64,000 nucleotides of DNA from a virus. Lineage: Duplodnaviria > Caudoviricetes. This document shows positions 10,605-20,217 of this stretch, in pieces. The stretch lies in IMG/VR virus record IMGVR_UViG_3300033122_000343. One strand, given 5' to 3'. Below the pieces are notes generated by a model. The model was not told the DNA's origin. It did not search any database and worked only from the letters and a program-made list of their open reading frames with translations. Positions within the stretch are counted from its first letter, which is position 1, and every line of letters starts with the position of its first letter. A program made the position numbers and the translations under genes.

Positions 10605-10943
10605 TTAACTTACCGTTCCGTTTACTTTTACCTGCCCTGTAATAACTTTAGTTTTTGTGCCGTTATTAAGGTTTTCAATAACAATGTCATAGTCATATCT
10701 ACCAGCCGTTAAAATTCCTGTTTGTGTATCTGTTAAAGATATTGTTAAATTTCCATCGCCTGGTGTTGCACCATAAGTGGCAGCAAAACTAACTGATCCT
10801 GCTGATGTAAAATGTTTTCGCATTTTTGCAGAAAAAGTATATGGAGTTAGATCAAGAACCGAACCATCCGATTTCGTCATAGCATAAATTCTCTCAAAGT
10901 CAGTGCCCTGTTCTATCACAATATTTAAAGCAGGTACTGCCAT
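10605..10943 (-). CDS. Conserved virion structural protein (Ig-like, IEQGTDF/GRYDYD type)
   Basis: NIVIEQGTDF..DLT.Y...AKMRK..ISLTDTQT..L.AGRYDYDI..KVITG.V.V; late promoter at 10965-10971. Confidence 0.8.
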   Translation of the reverse strand: MAVPALNIVIEQGTDFERIYAMTKSDGSVLDLTPYTFSAKMRKHFTSAGSVSFAATYGATPGDGNLTISLTDTQTGILTAGRYDYDIVIENLNNGTKTKVITGQVKVNGTVS

Positions 10944-10963
10944 CTTCTTGAATTACACTAATA

Positions 10964-11167
10964 TTATTTAGAGTTATATAATATAATTTTCTTTAATTCT
11001 TCAATCTCTCTTTTCAATTCTTCAATAGTATTATTTTGTTTTACTCTACTTTCTTTTTGAAACATATACTTTTGATATGCCTGTTGATCTACATTTATTA
11101 CGGCATTAGTATTAGTGTCTTTTTCAAGATTTGAAAAATTTTCTATTTTTACTCTTTTGTTTTTCAT
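10964..11167 (-). CDS. Small conserved hypothetical protein
   Basis: LEKDTNTNAVINVD..AY..Y plus coiled-coil tail, typical downstream of VrlC-like genes. Confidence 0.7.
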   Translation of the reverse strand: MKNKRVKIENFSNLEKDTNTNAVINVDQQAYQKYMFQKESRVKQNNTIEELKREIEELKKIILYNSK

Positions 11168-11179
11168 TTTTGGTTTTCA

Positions 11180-13618
11180 TCATGCAAGAGCTATTGTTCT
11201 AAAATCTTTTATTAAAGGCACCGTTGCTTGATTTGTAGAAGTTAATTCAACCTTTATTTGAAAAGCACTAAACTGAGGTAGATTATCAGCAGTGAATGTA
11301 TGATCTATAAAATTAGTACCTATACTTGATGGTTTTTCAGTATCTGATGAACCATCATTATTTTTAGGATCAATAATATTATCATTTACATCAAGGTTAT
11401 TAAAACCAGGCATTAAGGAAAATATTTTATTTGTTTGTGAACCATCAACTCTTTTCAATCTATATAAAACTCTCACATCAGCAGAAGGAGGTTTAAATAT
11501 ACCCATTATTACTTTAAGTGAAGTTGCTGGACTTTCAAGATTTATTATTTTTGTTAAGTAATTAAAATTATGAGGGTCTTCTTCTAATAAATTAGGTCTA
11601 CTATCTGTTCTATAATCTGAAATAGGGGCATTTATTCTTCTTGTAGTTGCAGTTAAATTACTATTAAATACATCAACAACTGGAGATACATTACCATTAT
11701 CAGTTTCAAGAGTAAATTCTAATGTAAATGATTTAGCACCAGGTAATTCTGCCAACTTTGAATCTTCATTTACTTTAGATGCAATCATCCTTGGTGTTTC
11801 AAATAGTGTATCATTGTTCAAAGATATAAGTTCAAAACCTTTATCAACAAAAGATGGTTCATTACCATTAATACTGCTGGCAGACGTTGTTCTTACTTTT
11901 GTTTCTATAAATGTATCTTCAAAATTAGTTGTTTGTACATTAGGAGTTATTGATTCAAACATAATGTTTTGAGATGCTTTTACCTCACTACCACCGACAA
12001 TTTCATCTTCTGTAAAATACTTGTTTCCAGTAATTTTAAGAAAATATTGATCTAATGTAATTTTATCAGATATATTATTAGTAACATTAGCAAAATTATG
12101 AGTGGTGTTAATTTTTCTGAGAGAAACACCAGCAATTTCATATTTTGATATAGGAGTATCGGCATCATAAGTTCTTGGTATAGAAAAATCTACACCCCTT
12201 GTGTTTATACCAGTAAGAGTATTTTCACCAACACCTGTATATGATATTATTTCTTCACCAATCAAAGCAAGACCAGGATTAGTTGTTGTTACTTGTGATC
12301 CTTCAAAGAAATTAAAATTAATAGAACTACCAACACTAATATTTTCAAAAGAACTTGCTGCAAATCCGACAGTTATTTTTGTTGAAACTTTATCACCAGT
12401 AGCACCATTTATTTCAACAGTATTATTACTCTGATGCATACCATGATTATTATGCAATACTCTAAAATGAAGTCCATCATTTTGATCTGTATTTACATTA
12501 TATGATTTTGGAATTAAATGAGAAGTTGTAACTCCGTAACCTAATGATGAATCAAAATACTGTATGGGATTAGTTAAATCAAAATCTTCTCCACTGATAT
12601 TTGTCAAACTAAAACTATTCACAGAAGTCACTAGTCCTACAGTCAATAAAAGATCTCTTCCTAATGTATTGTCACCAAGAGTTGCTGTGAGTGTGTCTCC
12701 AACTGAGTAAGCAGTGCCAGTTCCCACAACTGCAATACTATCAATAGTTCCCCCTGAAACAGTTACAATTCCAGTTGCACCAAACCCATCCCCTGTTAGT
12801 GTTGTAAAATTGACTGATTCAAAAGTTCCATTTGAGTATCCTATTCCTGCATTTGTTATATTAAGACCTTGATGATCACCACTTAAAGCACCATTTAATG
12901 ATTCAATAAAACCACTTGCAGTAGTGTTATTCTGTAAAACTTTTCCACCAATAATATATTTGTCAGTATAATCTGTAATAGCAGAAGTTAATCCTATATT
13001 TGCTTTTCGAGAGAATACTTCAATTGGATTAGGAATTAATTGATTTCTATCTGCAAAAGTATTAAGTTGTGCGTTGTACATCCTAAATGATGCAGGGCCT
13101 GGTGAAAATTGTGCTTTCCTTGCAGTAAATTTTATATCATCAGTTTGAGTAGGAGTGTATGTTGAAGCATTTTGCGATTTAAATAATGTGCCTAGTGTAG
13201 GTTGTTTATCTATTATGATATTTGCAGTATCAGCAGACATTGCTGTAGATACCTCAACATCACCTACACGAGAAATCCATATATTATATTCATCAGTATC
13301 TGTTATTAAAATATAAACATATTCACCTTGCTGTAAATAAACAGGACTATCAAATGTAAATGTGGATGGTAGTGTTCCATCTATTGAAATTTCTATATTA
13401 TTTGGTTCTAATGTAGTGCTTCCAAGAACAATATCAGTAGGCACACCATTCTCCATTGTTCTTATCTGCAACTCTACAGGTAATTTTTTACTTTTAGTTA
13501 AAAAATAAAAATCAACAGAAGTAATAAAGCAGCCTGGAGTATCATACACAAAGAATGATTGACCTAATGCGTCTTTTCTTGAATTCGTTTTACCAGTGCT
13601 GCTTGTTTCTCTTCTCAT
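11180..13618 (-). CDS. VrlC-like (DUF4815-type) virion protein, C-terminal part
   Basis: DALGQSF..GCFITSVDFYF..K..LPVELQIRTMENGVPT; GTLFKSQNAST; ends FQIKVEL..TNQATVPLIKDFRTIALA. Confidence 0.85.
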   Translation of the reverse strand: MRRETSSTGKTNSRKDALGQSFFVYDTPGCFITSVDFYFLTKSKKLPVELQIRTMENGVPTDIVLGSTTLEPNNIEISIDGTLPSTFTFDSPVYLQQGEYVYILITDTDEYNIWISRVGDVEVSTAMSADTANIIIDKQPTLGTLFKSQNASTYTPTQTDDIKFTARKAQFSPGPASFRMYNAQLNTFADRNQLIPNPIEVFSRKANIGLTSAITDYTDKYIIGGKVLQNNTTASGFIESLNGALSGDHQGLNITNAGIGYSNGTFESVNFTTLTGDGFGATGIVTVSGGTIDSIAVVGTGTAYSVGDTLTATLGDNTLGRDLLLTVGLVTSVNSFSLTNISGEDFDLTNPIQYFDSSLGYGVTTSHLIPKSYNVNTDQNDGLHFRVLHNNHGMHQSNNTVEINGATGDKVSTKITVGFAASSFENISVGSSINFNFFEGSQVTTTNPGLALIGEEIISYTGVGENTLTGINTRGVDFSIPRTYDADTPISKYEIAGVSLRKINTTHNFANVTNNISDKITLDQYFLKITGNKYFTEDEIVGGSEVKASQNIMFESITPNVQTTNFEDTFIETKVRTTSASSINGNEPSFVDKGFELISLNNDTLFETPRMIASKVNEDSKLAELPGAKSFTLEFTLETDNGNVSPVVDVFNSNLTATTRRINAPISDYRTDSRPNLLEEDPHNFNYLTKIINLESPATSLKVIMGIFKPPSADVRVLYRLKRVDGSQTNKIFSLMPGFNNLDVNDNIIDPKNNDGSSDTEKPSSIGTNFIDHTFTADNLPQFSAFQIKVELTSTNQATVPLIKDFRTIALA

Positions 13619-13630
13619 TTTTTTTATAGT

Positions 13631-13637
13631 TATTTAG
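13631..13637 (-). promoter_or_regulatory. T4-like late promoter (CTAAATA)
   Basis: 12 nt upstream of ATG 13618; same TAAATA core at 1864, 2706, 10165, 10965, 20215, 34204, 41176, 44960, 61992 (minus) and 43974 (plus). Confidence 0.65.
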
Positions 13638-13669
13638 AGACTAATTGGGGGTTTAATCAATTAGTCTCT
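13636..13669 (-). other. Perfect 12-bp hairpin containing the last codons and stop of the VrlC N-part
   Basis: mRNA AGAGACUAAUUG-auuaaacccc-CAAUUAGUCUCU. Confidence 0.85.
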
Positions 13670-16600
13670 GTTCCTACTCCTTCTTGAACCACTAGACCTA
13701 GACCTTGAGGATCTGCGATTTTCCCTACTTCTTCTTTGCCTTTCACGGTATCTTCTTCTTCTTTCTTCCCTTCTTCTATTAGAAGGTCTTGGTCTCGCAG
13801 GTACGGGTTTTGGTTTTGGTTTTGGTGTAACTGGAGTTGGAGGTGTAGGTTTAGGAGTTGGTGGAATTGGAGATGGTTTTGGTCTTGGTGCTGGTTGTAT
13901 AATAGTCTCAGTGACTTTCCTAATTTTAGTAATATTAATTATTACTATTGGTGGTGGTGGTTCAGGTATTGGTGGTGGTGGTGGAAGTGTTTTTCTCTCA
14001 ATGATAGTTGTTGTAACTATAGATCCCTTAGACAAGAAGTTTGAAATTGCTGAACTTGGTGATGGAGACAACACTTCATCAATAGATCCAACTGCTTCTA
14101 AAGTAGATGATACTGTTACTTGATTTGTTCCATTAGAGAAACTAAGGAATTTATCATTAGGTATAAAAATACTTCCCGATACTGTGCCTTTATCATCAGT
14201 TATTAATCTTATATTTTTTACTGTGGCTTGTGCTCCACTCGTTTCTCCAACTAATTTCATCCCTACTTCAACAAAACCACTGTATCTTTCATCGGCTTTG
14301 CTATTCAGACTATTAATATCAACATTAAGAATTTCAGTTGTATCACTGTAGGATGAAGATAATCCAACATTTGGATTGTATGGGTTTACTGAATAAAATG
14401 CAGTAGGATTTAGATATGGTCCGTCTTTATGATTTGGTGTTGCTAATCTAAACCTTATTCTTTTTCTTCTTTGATGAGTGTTTATTGAAGTAACAACTCT
14501 TTTATTACCTTGACTAAAAGTATTACAGGGAGTAACTATATTATTTAAAACCAAACCTGAGACAGTCTCACCCGCTATAAATGAACCTGAGATAGGTGTG
14601 ACTTCAAGTAATTTGGGTGTAGTAAGTTTTCTTCTCTCTGACATGTCAACTCTAGAGAAGAATGTAAAGAATTTTGTACTTGGTTTTAATCTCGTACCAG
14701 TAAATGATATATTCTGACTCCTCATGTTGGGTATAGCAGAAGTAGAACGTCTTGTTAAATTTGCACCTGTAGTTGAGTAACCACCATCTTCTCTAGTCAC
14801 CCTCTGTTGAGTAAATGTATCTGATGTAGGATTTAATTTCAAAATTCCTTTGTAAGCAATAACATTAAATGGATTTAAATTAATAGTTCTGCTTGCAAAT
14901 GTATTTTTTGCATGTTCAACTTCTTGATACTTCAACATTACAAGATTATCTTTTTTAGTGATATCATCCGATCCTAAATCTGTTACATAACGAGGATCTA
15001 CACTTAAATCAGCTGCACCTCCTATTCCTATAAGTGCATTGGATCCTATTAAAAGATCAATACTATCAAAATTTCTCTTAGGTCCTAATACTGAACCAGC
15101 TTCAGTATTGTATAAGTCATTGTTAATTTCTATACCACTATCATCTTGTACTTCAAAAGTTGTAAAATTATCAACTACAAATCCTGATTTGAATCTATCA
15201 AGACCTGTAGATGGATCTTGCATAACAAGTGATTCTGTTTTATTTTCAAGTAATGTAAGTGACGTAAATTCTTCTAAATTTTCAATACGATTTTCTAAAA
15301 TACCAATGTCTGACATCGTGTATCTTTTATTAGATCTATCAACAATTGTAATGTCAGTATTTACATCATACACATATGGTTGATACGTAATTTCTGCTAA
15401 TTCAAACTGATTTTCAGGTGCCTCTGGTCTTACAGGTTTTCTTCTAGGTGTTCCTGTTGTAAATGTAAATTCTCCATCTTGATTTAAAAATAATCTATCA
15501 ATTCTACCAACATAATAACTATAGTCAAAAACAATATTTTCATCTGTGACTAAGACATTAGGGACAGATTGACCAGACCCCCCAAAATTTCTTGATGACC
15601 ATTCAAATGGTGATAATGAACCAGAATAATCTGCTACTCTTGGTCTAAAATCTACAACATCGCTATTCCTTATATTATCAAAACTTAAAAGTTTATCATA
15701 CAATGTTCGATCATAACTATTGGCAGTTATTAATTCTCCAGTATCCAAAGAATTAATTATAAATTTGTCAAAATATATTTTTAATTTTTTAGATGGTGTT
15801 GCTGTTTTTTCTCTTCTTATTAATCTAGAAAAATCATAAAATTCATCTCTTTGACCATTATCAACATAAAATGAATCTCTAATATCTTTATCACCAGCAG
15901 AAATACTACTAATAATTGCAGTAACTCCACTCTCAACAAAAGTTACTTCTTCATTTAATATAAATTCATGTTCATTTTTAATAAGATATAATACGTTAGT
16001 TGTTCCAGATTTTTCAAGTACAAGTCCAGCAGAACCAGATACGCTTCCAATAAAAATTTCACCTACTAATACATCCGAAACATTATTATTAGGACCACTA
16101 AAAGTATTAAGTGTAATCGTAGGAATTGTTGGATCAGTAGATGATGAAGATTCAAATACTGCATGTACCTCTAATACATCAGGAACATTAAGTGATATTT
16201 CTTTATCTTGAACTCTTAAACCATATATTTTTGAAAAAGTTAAACCATCTTGTATTGATGTCGATACACCTGAATATGTAAGATTTGATTTATCTACAAC
16301 TAAAGATGAGCATCTTTTTAGTACTTTATTTTTTGACTGTACTTTTGATTTTTGCTGTGTAGTTATTACAACTATATTGTTTTTTGACGCATCTAAACCA
16401 CTGATTGTTACTCCCTTACCACCGTTTGTAAGTGCAAATTGATCAGAAGTTAAATTTTCAATAGTGCCATCTTCATAAAATATAGAATATCTCTCAACGT
16501 CAAATCCAGCATATACAAATTCTGTGCCACTTAATGAGTCTAAATCTAACACACCTAATGTATTTGTTGTTTTACCTCTTTGTTCTTTTTTTACGAATAT

Positions 16601-18652
16601 ATCTGATATAGTTAAATCAACTGATTCTATATTTTTATCAGGTAATGGTGCATATAAAAAACCACTATTTGAGTTTTTTACTATTGTAGATAAAACATTT
16701 AAACCTGAAATATTAAGTTCAAGTGGTATTGGTAAATTTCCTTTAGCAACGCCAACAACATCTGCAACTGCTTCTAAGGTCATACTTTGAGCAGTTGGAC
16801 TAACAGTTTTTACTTTATTGTATACTAATCCCTGAGAAGAACCATATGATACAATATCACCAGTTTTTATACCAGAAGTCCATCCACCACCTGTGCTTGT
16901 GATTGTTGATATTGCAGGAGAACCAGAACCAGGTGTAATGTTAAATGATTGACCACCAAAATTTATTTGATTTTTTAAAAGTGTATCAGCACTAAATGTT
17001 TGAACTCCAACTTCTTGTCTTATAGATTTAATATCACGGATACTAAACTCAGTAATTTTTGTTATTATTCTCCCATTACTGATACCATCTACACTTATTT
17101 GCTCGTCAACAGTAAAATCTCCAGATGTTTGATGTAATGTAAGTATTTTTCCACTTACACTTCTCAAAAATCCTCTCGCTCCAGATCTTTTACCTTGAAT
17201 TAATGCTGGTGCTGAAACTGATAATGTTTCATTTAATGTTATCTCAGTATCCGTCTCTACATCAAATAAGAATAGATCAAAAACCGAAGCAGCATTTGAG
17301 TATGCAGAGTCAGTTAATTTAAAATCATATACTCTTGCTCTACCTATCGATTGTCCTGCTGGTTCGTCACGATCAGTGCCCAATCTATCACTACGAAGAT
17401 CTACATAACCTGTAGTGGCAACACCTACACTTGCCCCTCCATATACATTATTAACTTGAAATCTATTTCCTGCTTGAAATGGAATACTTTGACTGAGAAC
17501 AGTTTCAGTAGTTCTTGGTTTTGGAGCATCAAGAAATTTAGTAACTTTTGTGTCAATTTCAAATCCTTGTACAAAAGCAGAACCTGATTTTACAGAGAAA
17601 CATAAAAGACCATAATCTGGATTATTACCAAAATCAGTTGGTTCATTTGCAAAATATACACCGAATTGTGAATGTCTATCATTTAATGATTCCCTTGGTT
17701 CAATTACAAATTTTCTTACATAATAATTTCCACTTTCTTTAAAAGTTCTTCTTGCTAATTCATCTGCAAAAACATTATATTGTGTTTGTGTATTAATTTC
17801 CTCTATAAAACCTTCATCAAATCTAACTAGTTCAATAAAATTTTCATCTGTATTGCTAGTAGGATCTTTTTTTGCAAGTTGAAGAGATATCTTTAATCTA
17901 TCAGCACCTGGTGCAGAATAATTTGAAGAACCAGTAGCATTATCATATAATGATGAATCGTTAACTGATGTGACTATTTCTTCTTTAACAATAAAACCAA
18001 TCTTATAAGATGGTTCATTTGAATATTGATCTAATAAAATAGTTTGATTTTCAACAGCAACAAAATAACCTCTTACATAATAAACTCCTTCTGCAACTGA
18101 AACAGATGATCCTGTTCTTATACAATCCTCACTTATAGTTGTAGCAAAATCGGAACCTGCTTCAATAGTAGTATTTCCATATTCAATATTTGATAAAACA
18201 ATTAAATTTTCACTGTCTAAAAATTGTGTTTCTGTAAAATCTATAGTATCTGATTGTTGATACTTAATATAAAGAGTTGTTTTATTTTCAAAAGAATCTT
18301 CAGCCGCTAAAACTTTTTTAACAACTGCAGTTATTCCTGATTCTGCACCCTGTATTTCTAATCCAACTAATTTATCATAGTATAATTCTACAGGAACTCC
18401 GAAAAATCTTGGTTCTATAAGTACACAAAAATACTCATTATCATAAGAAACACCACCAGGTATTACAACTGATCCATCTCTGAAAAAGTGTTCTCCAAAC
18501 TTTGATACCTGATCCTGTAATATTGATTGTAAAGTTGTAAGTTCTCTTGCTTGAACAGGAGTTCCAGGTTTAAACAAAACTTTGCTAAAATTCTTAGATG
18601 GTGTAAAATCATCAAAGTAAGGATTAACATTTAAATTTGTGTTTAATGACAT
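13661..18652 (-). CDS. VrlC-like (DUF4815-type) virion protein, N-terminal part
   Basis: NLNVNPYFDDF...KVLFKPG.PVQARELTTLQSILQ; APGADRLKI; RIENLE; GLDRFKSGFVVDNF; Pro-rich then Arg/Ser-rich C-terminus. Confidence 0.9.
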   Translation of the reverse strand: MSLNTNLNVNPYFDDFTPSKNFSKVLFKPGTPVQARELTTLQSILQDQVSKFGEHFFRDGSVVIPGGVSYDNEYFCVLIEPRFFGVPVELYYDKLVGLEIQGAESGITAVVKKVLAAEDSFENKTTLYIKYQQSDTIDFTETQFLDSENLIVLSNIEYGNTTIEAGSDFATTISEDCIRTGSSVSVAEGVYYVRGYFVAVENQTILLDQYSNEPSYKIGFIVKEEIVTSVNDSSLYDNATGSSNYSAPGADRLKISLQLAKKDPTSNTDENFIELVRFDEGFIEEINTQTQYNVFADELARRTFKESGNYYVRKFVIEPRESLNDRHSQFGVYFANEPTDFGNNPDYGLLCFSVKSGSAFVQGFEIDTKVTKFLDAPKPRTTETVLSQSIPFQAGNRFQVNNVYGGASVGVATTGYVDLRSDRLGTDRDEPAGQSIGRARVYDFKLTDSAYSNAASVFDLFLFDVETDTEITLNETLSVSAPALIQGKRSGARGFLRSVSGKILTLHQTSGDFTVDEQISVDGISNGRIITKITEFSIRDIKSIRQEVGVQTFSADTLLKNQINFGGQSFNITPGSGSPAISTITSTGGGWTSGIKTGDIVSYGSSQGLVYNKVKTVSPTAQSMTLEAVADVVGVAKGNLPIPLELNISGLNVLSTIVKNSNSGFLYAPLPDKNIESVDLTISDIFVKKEQRGKTTNTLGVLDLDSLSGTEFVYAGFDVERYSIFYEDGTIENLTSDQFALTNGGKGVTISGLDASKNNIVVITTQQKSKVQSKNKVLKRCSSLVVDKSNLTYSGVSTSIQDGLTFSKIYGLRVQDKEISLNVPDVLEVHAVFESSSSTDPTIPTITLNTFSGPNNNVSDVLVGEIFIGSVSGSAGLVLEKSGTTNVLYLIKNEHEFILNEEVTFVESGVTAIISSISAGDKDIRDSFYVDNGQRDEFYDFSRLIRREKTATPSKKLKIYFDKFIINSLDTGELITANSYDRTLYDKLLSFDNIRNSDVVDFRPRVADYSGSLSPFEWSSRNFGGSGQSVPNVLVTDENIVFDYSYYVGRIDRLFLNQDGEFTFTTGTPRRKPVRPEAPENQFELAEITYQPYVYDVNTDITIVDRSNKRYTMSDIGILENRIENLEEFTSLTLLENKTESLVMQDPSTGLDRFKSGFVVDNFTTFEVQDDSGIEINNDLYNTEAGSVLGPKRNFDSIDLLIGSNALIGIGGAADLSVDPRYVTDLGSDDITKKDNLVMLKYQEVEHAKNTFASRTINLNPFNVIAYKGILKLNPTSDTFTQQRVTREDGGYSTTGANLTRRSTSAIPNMRSQNISFTGTRLKPSTKFFTFFSRVDMSERRKLTTPKLLEVTPISGSFIAGETVSGLVLNNIVTPCNTFSQGNKRVVTSINTHQRRKRIRFRLATPNHKDGPYLNPTAFYSVNPYNPNVGLSSSYSDTTEILNVDINSLNSKADERYSGFVEVGMKLVGETSGAQATVKNIRLITDDKGTVSGSIFIPNDKFLSFSNGTNQVTVSSTLEAVGSIDEVLSPSPSSAISNFLSKGSIVTTTIIERKTLPPPPPIPEPPPPIVIINITKIRKVTETIIQPAPRPKPSPIPPTPKPTPPTPVTPKPKPKPVPARPRPSNRRREERRRRYRERQRRSRENRRSSRSRSSGSRRSRNRD

Positions 18653-18655
18653 GTT

Positions 18656-20194
18656 TTAAAACTCTACAATAATTTTTATATCTTCTCTTTGATTTAAAGC
18701 TCTCGTAACTTCTGGGCGATTATCAATGTAAATAATTTCTCCTGAGTATTTTTTAATTTCTGGGTTTGCAAGACCTTTTGTTAGTTGTTGACCAAAATAA
18801 TATGTTTGAGAATTTATGGTCGTAGACAAACCAGTAAAACTAGTATCAATTTCAACTGTTTCAGTTCCTGAAGTAGTTGTTACGATAATATTGGTCGATC
18901 CACCTATATTAGGTTCGCTCGTAAATCTATTTAGACGGTATCCAAAGGTTGGTTTATCTCCAACAGAATTATTTGTTGATACACTTCTATCTTGCCAATA
19001 TCTCATAAATTTTGATATTGGATCATAAGATATAATTTTTCCTACAGCAGTTGATCCTACACCTATAACTTGAGTTATATCACCATTTACTTGAACATTC
19101 ATAGTAGTGGTCGCTGCACCAGTTAATCGCAGTCCGTACACTCCTGAAGCAGAAGATGATGTAAGTAAATTTGTTGTGTCATTTATTAGAGGATTTTTTA
19201 TAATACCAATACGAGCAAACTGATTTCCTATAGGAAAATCAGGGTTTGTTACATCACTATTTTCAATTCTTGAATAAATTAAAACTTTATTTGCACCTAA
19301 TTCCTGATATACATCAGCACCATGTCCTCCCTGTGGTGGTATTATCACAGAAAATTCTGCACCAGATCCTGTCACAACTGAATCTAAATCAAGAGTACCG
19401 AATGTATAATTTGATCCTCCGTTAGTAACCTGAACATCAGTTGGTTTACCGTTTAAAAATGTGACTGATGCTTCTCCGTCATACCCATCACCTCTTATAG
19501 GAACATTATTTTTTGTACCATTGAATTGGTATGAAGCAGTTGCAGTATCTTCTATTACTATAACTTCAATTTTTCCATTTACAGCTACACTCCTTACATC
19601 AGAATTATTATCAGATGTTAGATAGTCATTGGGAATTGAAATATAATCTTCCGTATCAAATTTTATAATATCACTTGGTTTTATCGTATATAAGTATTTC
19701 CAAATATATCCATCTGATTCAAGACGTGGTTGTAAATCAGTATGTGTAGGTTCCTCTAAAGATGGAATACCTTTATTATTATTTGTAGGGTTAGTACCGT
19801 TAAATATACAGACATAAACTCTAAAATCAGAATTTAAAACATAAAAATTTGCATTATATAAACTTGGTGAATTTGTTTGAGGACTTAAATTGTTAATATT
19901 ATAATCATGACGATACATTTCAAAAATTGTACCTGATGACCATGATATTTTTTTTATAACCCTTACTACGTCTGTATCATTTATTTTTTTTGCTGATATT
20001 AAAGTATCGTAAATGTCGTTATAATTATCAAAATTATCTATAGGATCTGGTGTATTAGTGTTCCAGTCAGATGCAATATCAGTTGCATTTGGCAAACCAA
20101 TAAATGAATAATAACTATTTGTGCTTGTAGAAACACCCGCTAAAAAATTAGACGCACTTAGAACTCTTAATTGATCAGTTATGATCGCTGGCAT
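18656..20194 (-). CDS. gp8: Baseplate wedge gp8
   Basis: MPAIITDQLRVL; MYRHDY; FYVLNSDFRVY.C; DGYIWKYLYTI; GEIIYIDNR..R..NQREDIKIIVEF. Confidence 0.93.
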   Translation of the reverse strand: MPAIITDQLRVLSASNFLAGVSTSTNSYYSFIGLPNATDIASDWNTNTPDPIDNFDNYNDIYDTLISAKKINDTDVVRVIKKISWSSGTIFEMYRHDYNINNLSPQTNSPSLYNANFYVLNSDFRVYVCIFNGTNPTNNNKGIPSLEEPTHTDLQPRLESDGYIWKYLYTIKPSDIIKFDTEDYISIPNDYLTSDNNSDVRSVAVNGKIEVIVIEDTATASYQFNGTKNNVPIRGDGYDGEASVTFLNGKPTDVQVTNGGSNYTFGTLDLDSVVTGSGAEFSVIIPPQGGHGADVYQELGANKVLIYSRIENSDVTNPDFPIGNQFARIGIIKNPLINDTTNLLTSSSASGVYGLRLTGAATTTMNVQVNGDITQVIGVGSTAVGKIISYDPISKFMRYWQDRSVSTNNSVGDKPTFGYRLNRFTSEPNIGGSTNIIVTTTSGTETVEIDTSFTGLSTTINSQTYYFGQQLTKGLANPEIKKYSGEIIYIDNRPEVTRALNQREDIKIIVEF

Positions 20195-20217
20195 TACTTT
20201 CCGACTTTTTCATTTAT

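Noticed and set aside
13619-13663. Simple stop-codon readthrough or group I intron at the VrlC split
   Set aside because: The gap has a second in-frame TAA, and 42-93 nt is far too short for a self-splicing intron.
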